Of a stretch of 64,000 nt of DNA, positions 25,492-38,539 are shown in pieces (the first letter of the stretch is position 1; every line of letters starts with the position of its first letter). Under the pieces are notes generated by a model, which saw nothing but the letters and a program-made list of their open reading frames with translations, was not told the origin of the DNA and ran no database searches. A program made the translations under genes and the position numbers. The stretch is from Octopus vulgaris (taxonomy: Eukaryota): contig OX597823.1 in NCBI GenBank assembly GCA_951406725.2, forward strand, positions 115,196,001 to 115,260,000. The letters run 5' to 3'.

Positions 25492-25688
25492 CGGGAAGTT
25501 TTACGAAAATAAACAAAAGACGAAGGCAGGTGGAGTACAAACAAATAATTGTATTAGTATAGCGCTCAGGAATAGAAATAGAAAAAGTCTTTTACGTTTC
25601 GAGCCTACGCTCTTCTACAGAAAGATACACAGAAAAAAAACAAAGAGAGAAAAAAATGCGTGAGGAGCTAACGATCTATCATGGCGTC

Positions 25689-25692
<4 letters not shown>
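25491..25692 (-). mobile_element. Hammerhead-bearing short element in (TA)n, subfamily 2
   Basis: Minus strand 25625-25588 reads TCTTT-CTGTAGA-A-GAGC-GTAG-GCTC-GAAACGTA-AAAGA. Flanked on both sides by pure (TA)n. Confidence 0.75.
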
Positions 25693-25751
<59 letters not shown>

Positions 25752-25989
25752 TTTAAACTACTTGCTGAGGTTTCAGTAGCGGGAAGACCACTTCTATTTC
25801 CTTGACCGAAAAGTACAATACACCACAAATCGTGAGACTACACCAATGCAATAAAAAGTTATGAATCTTTAATTCTAAAAAAAACTATGTAACTTAAATT
25901 AATCATTTTAGTCTTTAGATTTAAGACGTCTCTTGTTACCTGGATTTTCAGACATTTCAAGTCTCTTCCTTTCTTTCCCCACAGCAGTA

Positions 25990-26006
25990 TTAGTATTAGT
26001 AGTAGC

Positions 26007-26065
<59 letters not shown>

Positions 26066-26103
26066 GAGGAGGAGGAGGAGGAGGAGGAGGAGGAGGAGTG
26101 GTG

Positions 26104-26183
<80 letters not shown>

Positions 26184-26200
26184 TGTAATAGTAGTAGTAA
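25990..26200. repeat. Compound (AGT)n/(AGG)n/(GGT)n microsatellite
   Basis: Directly visible. Confidence 0.95.
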
Positions 26201-26699
26201 ATCAGTCATTAAGCTAGTAAATTTTAGTTTCTATTCCATCAGCCGTTTCATCGCCAGTGACAGCTGGACTAGAAAAGTTGTTCTTCGCCAGAACACTACA
26301 TGTGTTACCAATAACGCCGCATGGCCACCACCACAGCCACTAACACCACCTCTACCAACACAACAAAAACACCAATACCGCCACCACCATCATCACCACT
26401 ACTACCACAACCGTTACATGTGTCGTCACCACCCGCTGTACAAGTCCACCGTGAGCACCACCACAGTCACTGTGTCTTTCACCAACCATTCTGTGCCATG
26501 CCAATACTGTAAAAGCTACCAGCACTACTACATCCAACACGAACCGTGCTACACAACAACCACCACCAACGATAATATCCCCTTCCACCCCCCGTCATCA
26601 CCATCATCACCACCATCACCACCATCAGCAAATTTGATGGAAAATCAAGCTGAAAGTAAAAGCGTGGACAATGTCACCATATTGTTGTTCTTGTAGTTG

Positions 26700-27078
26700 T
26701 TGCTGCTGCTGCTGCTGTTGAGCGAACGGTCTTCGTCCCAGAAGAAGTCCGAAACGTGGTCCTTTGCTATTCGTAAGACCCGCAGAAGAGAGAAAGCAGG
26801 TCAACCCCTCGACACCGAGAGCATCGATGGATGGATGAAATTGTATCCAGGCTCAGCGGTTGCGTAGGAAGTCGGGGGACAAGAAACAGGAAGAAAGAGA
26901 GAGAAAGAAAGTTGTGGTGAAAGAGTACAACAGGGGTCGCCACTACCCCCTGCCGGAGCCTCGTGGAGCTTTAGGTGTTTTCACTCAATAAACACACACA
27001 ACACCCAGTCTGGGAATCGAAACTGCGATCCTCCGACCGCGAGTCCGCTGCCCTAACCACTGGGCCATTGCGCCTTCA
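26700..27078 (-). mobile_element. SINE family C, tail type 3
   Basis: Same head as 9765-10133 but a different 3' half ending in (CAG)n. Homologous to 43713-44106. Confidence 0.85.
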
Positions 27079-28745
27079 CAGCTGTTGTTGTTGCTGTTTC
27101 TACCGTTGTCGTTAATGCTGCTGTTGTTATTGTTGTTGTTGTTGTTCTTCTTCTTCTTCTTCTTCTTCTTCTTCTTCTTCTTTTCTTCTTCTTCTTCTTT
27201 CTTCTTCTTCTTCTTTCTTCTTTCTTCTTCTTTCTTCTTCTTCTTTCTTCTTCTTCTTTCTTCCCCTCCCCTCCATTCCACTTCCTCCTTCACCTCCTCC
27301 TCACCATCATCATACTTCTTTCTTCCCTCCTCTCTTCCTCCTCCACCACCATCTACTCCTCCGCTCTTCATCTTCCTCCTCCACCTCCTTCTCCACCATC
27401 ATCATCATTCTTTCTACACCCCCCTCCTCCTCCCCTCTTCCTCTTCCTTCTTCTTCTCTTCCTATTCCGCTTCCTCCTCCTCCTCCTTCTTGCTGCTGCT
27501 GCTGCTGGTGTCAAGGTTTGGCTCTCTGCTACGTTCTCGGAAAATGGAATTTCGTTTCACAGTTCAGAAATAAAGGAACGCTACGAAGGGCAAAAGGGGT
27601 CAAAACCTTATCGCAAGAACCCAATCATGGTTCCTATATCTAATTAATCAATTATTTGTTGTTGTTTTTTTTTATATTTATTTTAATTAATTTATATATT
27701 TAACATGTTGCTTCACACGCACCGGGTCATATTCAACATCACACTTTTCATGAATCACATTTTCTCTCTCCCCCCCTCCACTTCTCCCCCCCTCTCTCTC
27801 AATCTCATTTCACTTTCGTCTTCCTCTTTTAACAGTTCTACGACTCGCTTCCTTTCTTTCTTCCTTTATTATTTCCTTCCTTCCTTCCTTCCTTCCTTCC
27901 TTCCTTCCCTCTTTGTCAGCCACACAAGTCTGCGATGTTCCTCCATACACATCTTGCGGTTCCGCCCTCCCCCCCCCCGCTCTACCGATTCCGTAAAGAG
28001 GCTTAAATTAAACCGGAAACTTGAAAAAATATTGACCGAAAATCCTGGCTCGCATCGTCAAGACCAACGCACACACTTATTTCCGCGTACGTATGCACAC
28101 ATGCATCTAAAGACACACACACACACGTATATACATACATATATCTACATACACACATATATATACATACGTACATACACACACACACACACACATACAT
28201 ACATACATACATACACATATATATCTACACGCACACACACACACACTCACGCTCATAAACACATGCATAATACACAATTTTCCACACGTGCTAATAATAA
28301 CGGTAGGTGGCGCTGCAGGTAGGTTGGCAGCTTGGCAGGCTGTGTCGGTATAGGGCTGTTACTAGGCAACCGTTCATTGAAACAGGAAAAGAATCACAAA
28401 AAAACAAATGAAAACAAAATAAAAACATCTCATTCATTGATGAGTTATAAGTAATGGATGGACGGGTGGACGGACGGGTGGATGGAAGGGTGGACGGAAG
28501 GGTGGATGGATGGATGGACGGAAGGGTGGATGGATGGATGGATGGATGGATGGATGGATGGATGGGTAGATGGGTGGATGACAGATGTGTGGGTGGGCGA
28601 CGGGTGGATGTGCGCAAGAATGAATGAATGAATAAACGCGTGTTGGGTGGATGGATGGGTGGATGGAAGGTTAGGGGTTTAAAGTTCTTCTCTGTAAGAG
28701 TGAAAGTGAAGAAGAATCTAATGAATAGATGGATTGACAGCAAGA

Positions 28746-28825
<80 letters not shown>

Positions 28826-29035
28826 GGATGGATGGATGGATGGATGGATGGATGGATGGACAAACAGACAGACAGATATGAATCGGGGGTATTAAGAAAG
28901 TGAGACAAAGAGACAATTAGAAAGAGTGAAAGAGTGAACGAGAAAAAGTAAAGAGAGGGAGAGAAAGAGAGACCCAGAAAGAAAGAGGGAGAAAGGGGAA
29001 GATCAGAGGAAAGGGAGTGAGAGGGAGAGAGCGAA

Positions 29036-29094
<59 letters not shown>

Positions 29095-29488
29095 CAAAGC
29101 GCAAAAGAAAAGAAACAGTATTTCTGTAAAGAGAGTGACCAATCTGTGGTACCAAGAGAACTGCAGAACAATATATAAAAATTGTAAACAGCATTAAAAG
29201 AAAGTCAGACCAATTGATTGCGAATGACCCTTACATTGTCTACTAATGAGCTGCAGCTAGCTTAAGTATTGTAAATAAATTCTAGACAGAAATGGACGCC
29301 ATAATAGACAGCGTCGACTCTCTTTACAACCACTTCCAGTAGTTTTATGGATTTTTTTGTTTTGCGCAACATATCCTTCATGGCCTAGCTTTCTCTTTTT
29401 TCTTTCTTTCTTTCTGAATATAAGAAAGCTGTGTGTTTTGTGTGTGTGTGTGTTTGTGTGCTTGTGTGTGCCAGTGTGGCTATATATG

Positions 29489-29593
<105 letters not shown>

Positions 29594-29646
29594 ATATATA
29601 TATTTATATATATATATATATGTATATGTATATATATGTATGTATG

Positions 29647-29679
<33 letters not shown>

Positions 29680-30181
29680 ATGTATGTGTGTGTCTCAGTA
29701 TATATGTATATATGTATGTATAAATACACGCACGCACACATTTATATCTGAAAGTCATAGACCGAGTACGCAAAACTGAACTGATGGATCAATACTGTCT
29801 TCCTTTGTGGATTTGCTTCGTAACTTTAGGTTTCATGCGTTGGTTAGCACAATTTTCGAATGTAGATATCGACACCGATAAATGTGATTTTCTGTACGTG
29901 TGACTGCATCACTTCCTGACCAATGAACTGAGCTCCATAGGTTCCACCCACCACAAATACCACATATTTGCAATCAGTGTAACCTTGAGGTAGTGTTTCG
30001 GCGGCACAAATTCTGATCAACCTATAACAAATTTAGCTCCAACGGCCAAGAAAATGAAAACGCAAACTCAAGGTATAACAACGGAATTTGAAGTATAAAG
30101 GGTAAGCAGGTTGGATACTGACAAGGGAATTACTTACATTTAAACAAGTCAGAAATTGTATGACAAGCTGTTAGAATAATC

Positions 30182-30618
30182 GGATCTTTTCGGTTTGAAC
30201 GGCAGTTTTTCTAGCGGTGTCATATGAAATTGTCACCCATAATTATGACCCTAGTATCAATCTGCTGCATTTCTATCTGTTTTAGGGTTAGGGTTAGTTA
30301 GGGTTAGGGTTAGGGTTAAGGGTGGGGGGAAGGGTATTTTTTTTCTTCACAAATGTAAATAAACCCAATCTGTTTCTTAAACGAGGGACATATTCATACG
30401 GCACAGAATGTTATTTAGCTCAATAGACGTCATTGATTGGTTGAAATTGCAGAAATTGAAGAAAAAAAACAACAAATACGTTACAAACTATAGAATTTTC
30501 TCAATAAAGCCAAGAGAAAAAGATGTTTTATAAACACATTCTACCAGTATACGAAGTTTAAATTTTTTTAGTTACCTAGAAATTATGTTAAAAACTGCCG
30601 CTCAAACCGAAAAGATCC
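30182..30618. mobile_element. MITE with ~30-bp TIRs (GGATCTTTTCGGTTTGAACGGCAGTTTTT), 8-bp TSD and internal TTAGGG repeats
   Basis: TIRs at both ends and a perfect TSD GAATAATC (30174-30181, 30619-30626). GG termini with an 8-bp TSD are Merlin-like (inference). Confidence 0.9.
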
Positions 30619-30984
30619 GAATAATCAATTTTGAGGAACTCATGTAAAACTTACCGAATGCATATTATGTAACCTTGAGGTGTGACGTAGCTATGATATT
30701 CAGTGTTACTTCTCTTCGGTGGGTGCTTTTCTACTTGTCGCTTGTCGTAATGAGTTCACCAAAGAAAACCGTCAAAAGTTCATTCATCTCAACAGTCGAA
30801 GGAGAGCAGTTCCTTGCGACAATGGAGTGCCAGGTACCAAAAAAGTACCAAAAAAAGAAACAACACGATACATATATGTAGCACCTTAAAATTACATCAG
30901 ATGCTTTCGGTGTGTCTTTTGCATAACTCGCAGCTCTTATTACTATATACTGGACATGAGTAGTGGCGGTCATCTTAGAGGAAT

Positions 30985-31215
30985 GTCCAGTTTGCTGGAC
31001 ATTGTTGTAGAGCTGAAAAGAGGTAATTTCTACTCTTCTCCTCTGGAAGCCATCTACTCGCAATACCAGAGGGCGCACACTCTCCTACCCTGATGTAATC
31101 TCCAGGGATACAGTCATCCAGCAACAGGACCTCCGTAATGCCATGATGGACCGTGAAGTCTGGCGTAGCATGGTAAATTCCATTGTCTCGACCACGGTCG
31201 AACAATGATGATGAT
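30985..31215 (+). mobile_element. RTE-like LINE 3' end
   Basis: QFAGHCCRAEKEVISTLLLWKP..AMMDREVWRSMV followed by (TGA)n. Second copy at 60028-60310. Confidence 0.8.
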
Positions 31216-31493
31216 AAGAGGATTTTTTGTCGAATTTGATATGGGACGAAGTGTATTGGATACATCGATTTCTTAAATTTATTGACCGATTATCATCTCC
31301 TTTGTGTTATTTATATAAGCCTTTTGCATGCTTGAAGTTAATCACGTGTCTACACCATGACCATATTGGATTTCACAACTTTAGTATATAGATCCATATT
31401 GGCAGATAGCTAGATTGATAGATAGATAGATATTTACATATATGTGGGCATACTACACACACGCACGCACCTACACACACATACATACATACA

Positions 31494-31705
31494 TGTGACC
31501 GCGTGTGTATCGTTGGCGAGTTTTTTCCTCCGTCTTCCCTACCTCGGAACTTTCCTCTTTCTATGTTTCTGACGAAGAGCTCAGCTCGAAACGTTAAATC
31601 CTCCTTCTTTCTTTCCTTTCCTGAGCGTCCAATAACACTATACTTGTTCCACATCCTCGCGTTGTTGTGTTTTCTCTTTGAGTTTTCATGTTTGGATTAA
31701 CTTTA
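31494..31705 (+). mobile_element. Hammerhead-bearing short element, subfamily 1 (Penelope pLTR-like)
   Basis: Contains TTT-CTGACGA-A-GAGC-TCA-GCTC-GAAACGTT-AAA and sits in a (TACA)n tract. Homologous to 33432-33617. Confidence 0.75.
31565..31599 (+). ncRNA. Minimal type I hammerhead ribozyme motif
   Basis: CUGANGA and GAAA boxes, 4-bp stem II, palindromic ACGU stem III and a short UUU/AAA stem I. Activity untested. Confidence 0.65.
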
Positions 31706-31727
31706 ACTACATACATACATACATACA

Positions 31728-31758
<31 letters not shown>

Positions 31759-33431
31759 CAGTATGCATACATGTCCCTACATAGTGAGTACTGGTGGAAC
31801 ATTCCAATAGAAAAAGCGACCTGTATAAGGCTAGATATTATTGTATGGATAGGGACCACAATTCGTGAACTGTTGTAGACATCAGCTGCCTGGCAGATGT
31901 GAATGAATCGTCAAAAATTGAGCAAAAGGACAACCAATGAGAAACCTCCTGCAGTTATATTCAGACAAATGGTTTTCATTTATAACCATTATCATAAGTG
32001 CCCTGAGATACATAACTAAAAAGATCAGCATAAAAACATAGAAATTCTAGGATTCTTCAATAAATAACAGAACAAACTAATTTTCGTGTTAAAAATACAA
32101 TCGATTAGAGTCAAGTGAAAGTTGATATAACCTGCCAGGGATTCCCTGTTTGAGGTGAACGCGTGCACACAATCACATGTACGTATGGAACACGCACACA
32201 CTCATAAACAGTTGTAATAAAGCACGCACACTTCTGTACTGACGCGACGGGCACACTCAATACATAATTACGAGTTTATCCACAGGCGCAGAAATATACA
32301 CGAGACACAAAACACAGGTAACGACAAAGCCCAACACCTGCCTGGCCTTGATTTGTGCAACAAACACAATCTCACCATCCAACAAAAGGAAAGAAAGCTT
32401 ATATATTTGTGTGTGTGTGTGTGTGTATGTGTGTGTGTGTGTATGTGTGCGTTTGTGTTATATATATATATATTATAATTATATGTATATATGGCTGTTC
32501 TTCTACATACATGTACATTTAAATGTATATTTAAATAATTCACTTCTGGAATTGGATCTCGAAGTACATATAAAACTATAATAACTGTATGTAAAAAAAA
32601 ATGAATTATTTCACGTTCTCTCGAAAGTTTATAAATTCTTATGATATCACCAGTATATATAAATGTACATACATACATACATACATACATACATACATAC
32701 ATACATACATACATACATACATGCATGCATACACACGCACATGCATACACACACATGCGTACACATACATACATACATACATACATACATACATACATAC
32801 ATACATACATACATACATACACACATACGCACATACACACATACGCACATACACACATACGCACATACACACATACGCACATACACACATACACGCACCC
32901 ACATCTAATTGTCCGATAAGTTTTCATCTTGAGTCAAGTAAAAGAGTGGCTGAATTATAATCGTCATCATCATCATTTACATAATATAATAGATTCATGA
33001 CATCCGACTCAAAATATTACCAAATGGTTTCATGCCAAATATAGTCAGACAAATTTAGCAATCATCAGATACGGGTGAATGGGAAAGTACACACACGCAC
33101 ACGCACAAACATACACATACATATACATACATACATACATACATACATACATCATAATCATCATCATCATCACCATCATCATCATGGATTCTCCCGTCGT
33201 TAGACGACGTATTACTGTACTACAATTTCTTCCTGAACAACCATACTTGATTTGTTTATAGTGATCAAATATTTCTGTTCACATAAGCTCACTCACTCCA
33301 TCAAATCGACATTACCTGTACAGGTGTACGATGTGCCGCCACATGTCAGATGACGATAGGATCGCAGAGCAACGTGAAATGAAGTGTTTTGCTCAAGAAC
33401 ACAACGAGTTTGGGATCGAAACCTCTCGTGA

Positions 33432-33722
33432 TTGCGTTTTCCTCCGTGTTCCCTTCTTTGGATCTTTCTTTTTCCTATGTTTCTGACGAAGAGCTCCGCT
33501 CGAAACGTTAAATCCTCCTTTCTTTCCTTTCCTGAGCTTTCCAATAACACTATACTCGTTCCACGTCCTCGCGTTGTTGTGTTTTCTCTTTGTGTTTTCA
33601 TGTTTGGATTAACTTTATATATATATATATAGTTACTCCAAACATGAACAAAGAGAAAACACAACAACGGGAGGACGTGAAACGAGTATAGTGTTATTGG
33701 AAAGCTCAGGAAAGGAAAGAAA
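33432..33722 (+). mobile_element. Hammerhead-bearing element, subfamily 1, with an inverted partial copy
   Basis: Hammerhead motif at ~33479-33513. 33631-33722 is the reverse complement of ~33520-33613 across a short (TA)n. Confidence 0.75.
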
Positions 33723-34095
33723 TCTCCTGGAAACTGTTCCGAAACGTGCAACAAAGCGAATCCCCGCCGTCAGGCATCCCCCATACTCTGAACGTCTTGC
33801 TTCCCTACGCATGGATACATTGAAGCTGAGAAGCCTGGCAACTGACTTGCTAGACACCCACAAGATTATCTACCATCTTTCCAACAACAACAACAACAAC
33901 CTTGGACACCTTTTGGAAAGGTGTGAAACACTCGTGGACATGGTCATAAAATCAAAAAGCAACACAGCACCCATGACTTTCGGAAGCGTTTTTTCACGCT
34001 CAGAATCGATGAAGCATGGAATAAACTACTAGCTGTCGAGACACTGCATCCTTCAAAACTTCCATGCTTCCTGAAATCCGCCAACAGGACACCTG
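33723..34095 (+). mobile_element. CR1-clade LINE ORF2 C-terminal fragment
   Basis: LETVPKRATKRIP..YSERLASLRMDTLKLRSLATDLLDTHKII and, in another frame, TRGHGHKIKKQHSTHDFRKRFFTLRIDEAWNKL. Confidence 0.85.
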
Positions 34096-34176
34096 GTGGC
34101 TTTTTGTCTTTTTTTTTTAGTGGTAGTGCACCTGAGGACTGTATACAGCAATTTCTTTCATATATATATATATATG

Positions 34177-34407
34177 TTTCTTTATTGCCCACAAGGGGCT
34201 AAACATAGAGGGGACAAACAAGGACAGACAGACGGATTAAGTCGATTACATCGACCCCAGTGCGTAACTGGTACTTAATCTATCGACCCCGAAAGGATGA
34301 AAGGCAAAGTCGACCTCGGCGGAATTTGAACTCAGAACGCAACGACAGACGCAATACCGCTAAGCATTTCGCCCGGTGTGCTAACGTTTCTGCCAGCTCG
34401 CCGCCTT
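34177..34407 (-). mobile_element. SINE family B monomer
   Basis: Full-length match to the family B consensus. Confidence 0.9.
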
Positions 34408-34599
34408 ATACATATATATATCATGTAACCATCCAGGCTATTAGATGTTGTTATACATCGCTTGCCACAATACGCTTTTTCATTGTCTTAGCTTTCAAAT
34501 GATGTCATCCAGCTGGCTAGGCAGCGCTCGGTTTGGTAATCGAACCCTCAAACAAGCGATCGTGAGTGTAACAGCCAACCTCTTGGCCAGGTGCCTTCA

Positions 34600-34665
<66 letters not shown>

Positions 34666-34680
34666 GTTTGTCTATCTATC

Positions 34681-34712
<32 letters not shown>

Positions 34713-34716
<4 letters not shown>

Positions 34717-34888
34717 AGAATTCACACAAAAAACAAAAGCTGAAGGCAGGTGGTGTGGCCAACAAACAGATGTATTAGTTTAACGCTCAGGAAGTGAAAA
34801 ATTCTTTAACGTTTTGAGCCTACGCTCTTCCACAGAAAGTTACAAGGAAAGAAAAGAACGTGTAGTGAGTAGCGATCTATCATGGTGA
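34713..34888 (-). mobile_element. Hammerhead-bearing short element in (TA)n, subfamily 2
   Basis: Minus strand reads CTTT-CTGTGGA-A-GAGC-GTAG-GCTC-AAAACGTT-AAAG (G12 mutated). Homologous to 25491-25692. Confidence 0.7.
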
Positions 34889-35173
34889 TATATATATAAA
34901 CATATAATAATATTCTATATATATGATATTATATAAAACATAAGTAAACATGTGCGCATGCACATGCATACACACACATGCACACACACACACGCACTCG
35001 CATACACGCAAACACACACGCAGACATGCATATTTATTAATCACTGTGGGATTAAAAGGAGTGGGGGTCGTCTATGTGAAGTGAGAAAGGAGCGGGGAAG
35101 AGATAAAGAGGGAGGGGGAAGAAGAGATGATGAGAAATGTGTGTAGAAGGAAGTGTTTTTCCAGTCTTCCACT

Positions 35174-35211
<38 letters not shown>

Positions 35212-35713
35212 TATCATCACCGCCATCACCACCAATCGTGTGTGTGTGCGTGTGTGTGTACGTATACACTCACACACATGCACATGGACAAATGTATGCA
35301 CACACAAATACCCGTATACACACACATGCGCACGTATGTACAAAGGCATAACTCGCGCGCGCGCGCTGCTAAGGAAAATAATTTTTGAAAAATTATTAAA
35401 TAATCTGGTGTCGCTAAAGTTATGACATGAAAATATTTTAAAAGTTCTTTTTTCTTTCTCGTCATTTTTGGTTAGGGTAGTTGCAGGGGTGGGTAGTTGC
35501 GGGGGTGGGTATTATAAGGGGTGGGTGGTGGAAGACTTATTGTTGTTGTCTTGATGTCGTTGTGGCCTTCATTGGTGGCGGTTGTAGTTAACGGTTGGGT
35601 GTGTGTGTGCGTGCGTGTGTGTGCGTGTGCGTGTGTTTGTCTTTACATATCTACTCTGTCTGCACCTCCCTCTTCTCTCCCTTCCTTCCTCTTTCACTCT
35701 GTCTGTCTCTTGC

Positions 35714-35750
<37 letters not shown>

Positions 35751-37026
35751 CTCTCCCCGCCACTGTTTCCCTATCCGTCTTTCTCTCTAGCAGTCTCTCC
35801 ATATTTCTTCATTATGATCATCCTCCAACCACTCCTCTCCTTTTCCTGCCCCCCCCCCCGTCCCTCTCGCTCTTCTTTCTCCATCTGACTATCTCTACGG
35901 ATGTCTGCGTGTGTTTGTGTGTGTGTGTATGTATGTGTGTATATATATGTGTATGTGTGTGTGTCAGTGTGTGTATATATGTGTATATATATGTATATAT
36001 ATTTATGTATGTGTATATATATATATATATATATATACATATATGTATATATACATATACATACATATATATACATATACATAGATATATACTTATATAT
36101 ATACACATAGACATACATATACACATATATATATACACAGACACACTCCTCAACACTCGTATTTCGTATATCAGTTTCTCCGTCAACCATAGTCTTTCTC
36201 TCTCTCTCTCTCTCTCCTACACTCTCTTCTTTCCCTTCTTCTCTCTATGACCCACCCACCCCTATAACACCACCACTCCACCATGCCACCATCCTACTTC
36301 CACCTCCACGCACACATACTTCACTAAGCAACCCTTATCCCTATCCCCTATTATGCGCTTCCTCCAGCCCCACACACTTCAAACCCCTAAATTTCCCTAC
36401 CTCTACCCACCCTACCCACCCAGTACGCCCACACACATCACCCCATCCACTCCCTTTCATTGCACTGCACAGAGTGCATTCCCCTTCACACACACACACA
36501 CACGACACACACGACAAAACTACTGTGTACCACCTCACGCTCTATATTACCACACACACACACACACACACACATACACATATATACATATATACACACT
36601 ACAAATACACTACATACCTCTATATATACACTTCCTCAAGCATTTTTATTTTCTAGCAAATATTTCGAAAGAAGTCGGAAATTTGTTCATATAGTACACG
36701 CGCACGCATGGTCACACACACACACACACACTAACACACACTCACATAGATTCACACACACACACATGCACATATTCGCGCACATATATATATAATACAT
36801 GATACACTCACACACAGATTTAATTTCTAAAGCGAATGGATCTTCGTTGGCTGCGACGATGACTCCTCCAGTCGTTGCATGAAATGATCCGACAACTCAT
36901 TGTGAGTCAGTGAAGGAAAATTCCAGACACGGACACCTTTAACCTATTGCTTTAGTAGAACTATAACATGTGTGTGTGTGTGTGTGTGTGTGTATTCATA
37001 TATGCATGTATATACGTGAGCGGGTG

Positions 37027-37081
<55 letters not shown>

Positions 37082-37639
37082 ATATATATGTGTGTGTGTG
37101 TGTGCATATATAAACTATATGATCTTCAACAATGCATCATTTCGATTTTAATATAATCGTTGATTCGAGTAAATGTCATTTCGATCAATTGTGTTTTCGT
37201 TCAATTGTTTCCGATTATTTGTATTTCAACCAACTCTCTTCAATATACTGACCCTGAGCCTATAAATCACCCCACACACACACTCATCCTCATATGTAGC
37301 ATATTTCACAGGTCAGTATTAAAATTTTTCGAAGAAGTGGCGGGAATTTGTTTCATTCCACTTCTGCCCATGTTGTTTCGATGAATGCTTGCTGACATAA
37401 ACACCACTACGCGTGTCAAGCATTCAGAACAATGAGGACCATCGCTGAACGGCTCGTAAAGGGCGAAGTCCACTAACAAATGTTTGAAGCACAAGGATAT
37501 CGAGTCCTACGTGATGAGAAGAGGGCTGTTTGTTTGTCAAGACCCGAGAGAGCTAAGGATGTGATCCCAACATTACGTTAACTCCAAGCTTCCTTGATCT
37601 GAATCTACGCGGACGTTTTGGCTGGCATGTGTTGTTTTT

Positions 37640-37952
37640 ATTTATTTATGCACCCTTTTCAAGCCTAGCCAGGCTCGTGGGCCTGGTTTCTCAGTTTCTG
37701 TGGCGTATGTGTTCCTCCCCAGCTGGACCGGACGCCAGTCCATCGCAGCGTTACTCAAGAAACAGGAAGAGAGAGTAAGAGAAAGTTGGGGCGAAAGAGT
37801 ACAACAGGGGTTGCCACCACCCCCTGCCGGGGCCTCGTGGAGCTTTTAGGTGTTTTCGCTCAATAAACACATACAACGCCCGGTCTGGGAATCGAAACTG
37901 CGATCCTCCGACCACGAGTCCGCTGTCCTAACCACTGGGCCATTGCGCCTCC
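37640..37952 (-). mobile_element. SINE family C, tail type 2 variant
   Basis: Family C head. 3' half GCTGCGATGGACTGGCGTCC..GAAACCAGGCCC..(TAAA)n. Confidence 0.85.
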
Positions 37953-38038
37953 GGCATACGTTGTGTTCATAGAATATTGTCAGACAGCCACTTCCGTGGC
38001 TCTCATGCAGCCACGGAAGTGAAGATATGGGTCTGGGG

Positions 38039-38474
38039 CAGTGGCGGACTGAATCTAAAAATATTGGTTGCCAGGAGACTAAGGGGACCCACCTGCAACA
38101 ACAAGGGGGGGGCACACCCGCAACAACAAGGGTGGCCCACCCGCAACTACAATGCTATTATTTATTATTTTTATTTATTCATTTGTTTATTTTGTTAAAA
38201 GTATTCTTTTCAACTGTCTACAATCACAGCCAAGTTGAAATAATTAATGCATTCTTCCAGGAGAGAATAAAAAATTCTCACACTTGAGGAGATGGGCCCC
38301 TTAGATACTAACATGGGCCCTTTGATACTAATATGGGCCCTTAGATATTAACATGAGCCCTTAGATACTAATATGGGCCCTTAGATACTAATATGGGCCC
38401 CCATATATGGATTTAAATGGCGCAGGGGTCCAGTTGCCATCGGGCAAGCTGGCAACCTGGCCAGTCTGCCATTC
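38039..38474. mobile_element. hAT-like MITE with internal 20-bp minisatellite
   Basis: TIR CAGTGGCGGACTG / CAGTCTGCCATTC and 8-bp TSD GTCTGGGG/GTCTGTGG. ATGGGCCCTTAGATACTAAY x ~5.5 at 38292-38400. Confidence 0.8.
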
Positions 38475-38539
38475 GTCTGTGGGCAGTTTTGTTGACCAAC
38501 CTGTGTTTTTTTTTTTTGTATTTGTACGAGTGCCTAGTT

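Noticed and set aside
30281-30325. True telomere or fusion scar
   Set aside because: The short degenerate TTAGGG tract is internal to a MITE present twice in the window.
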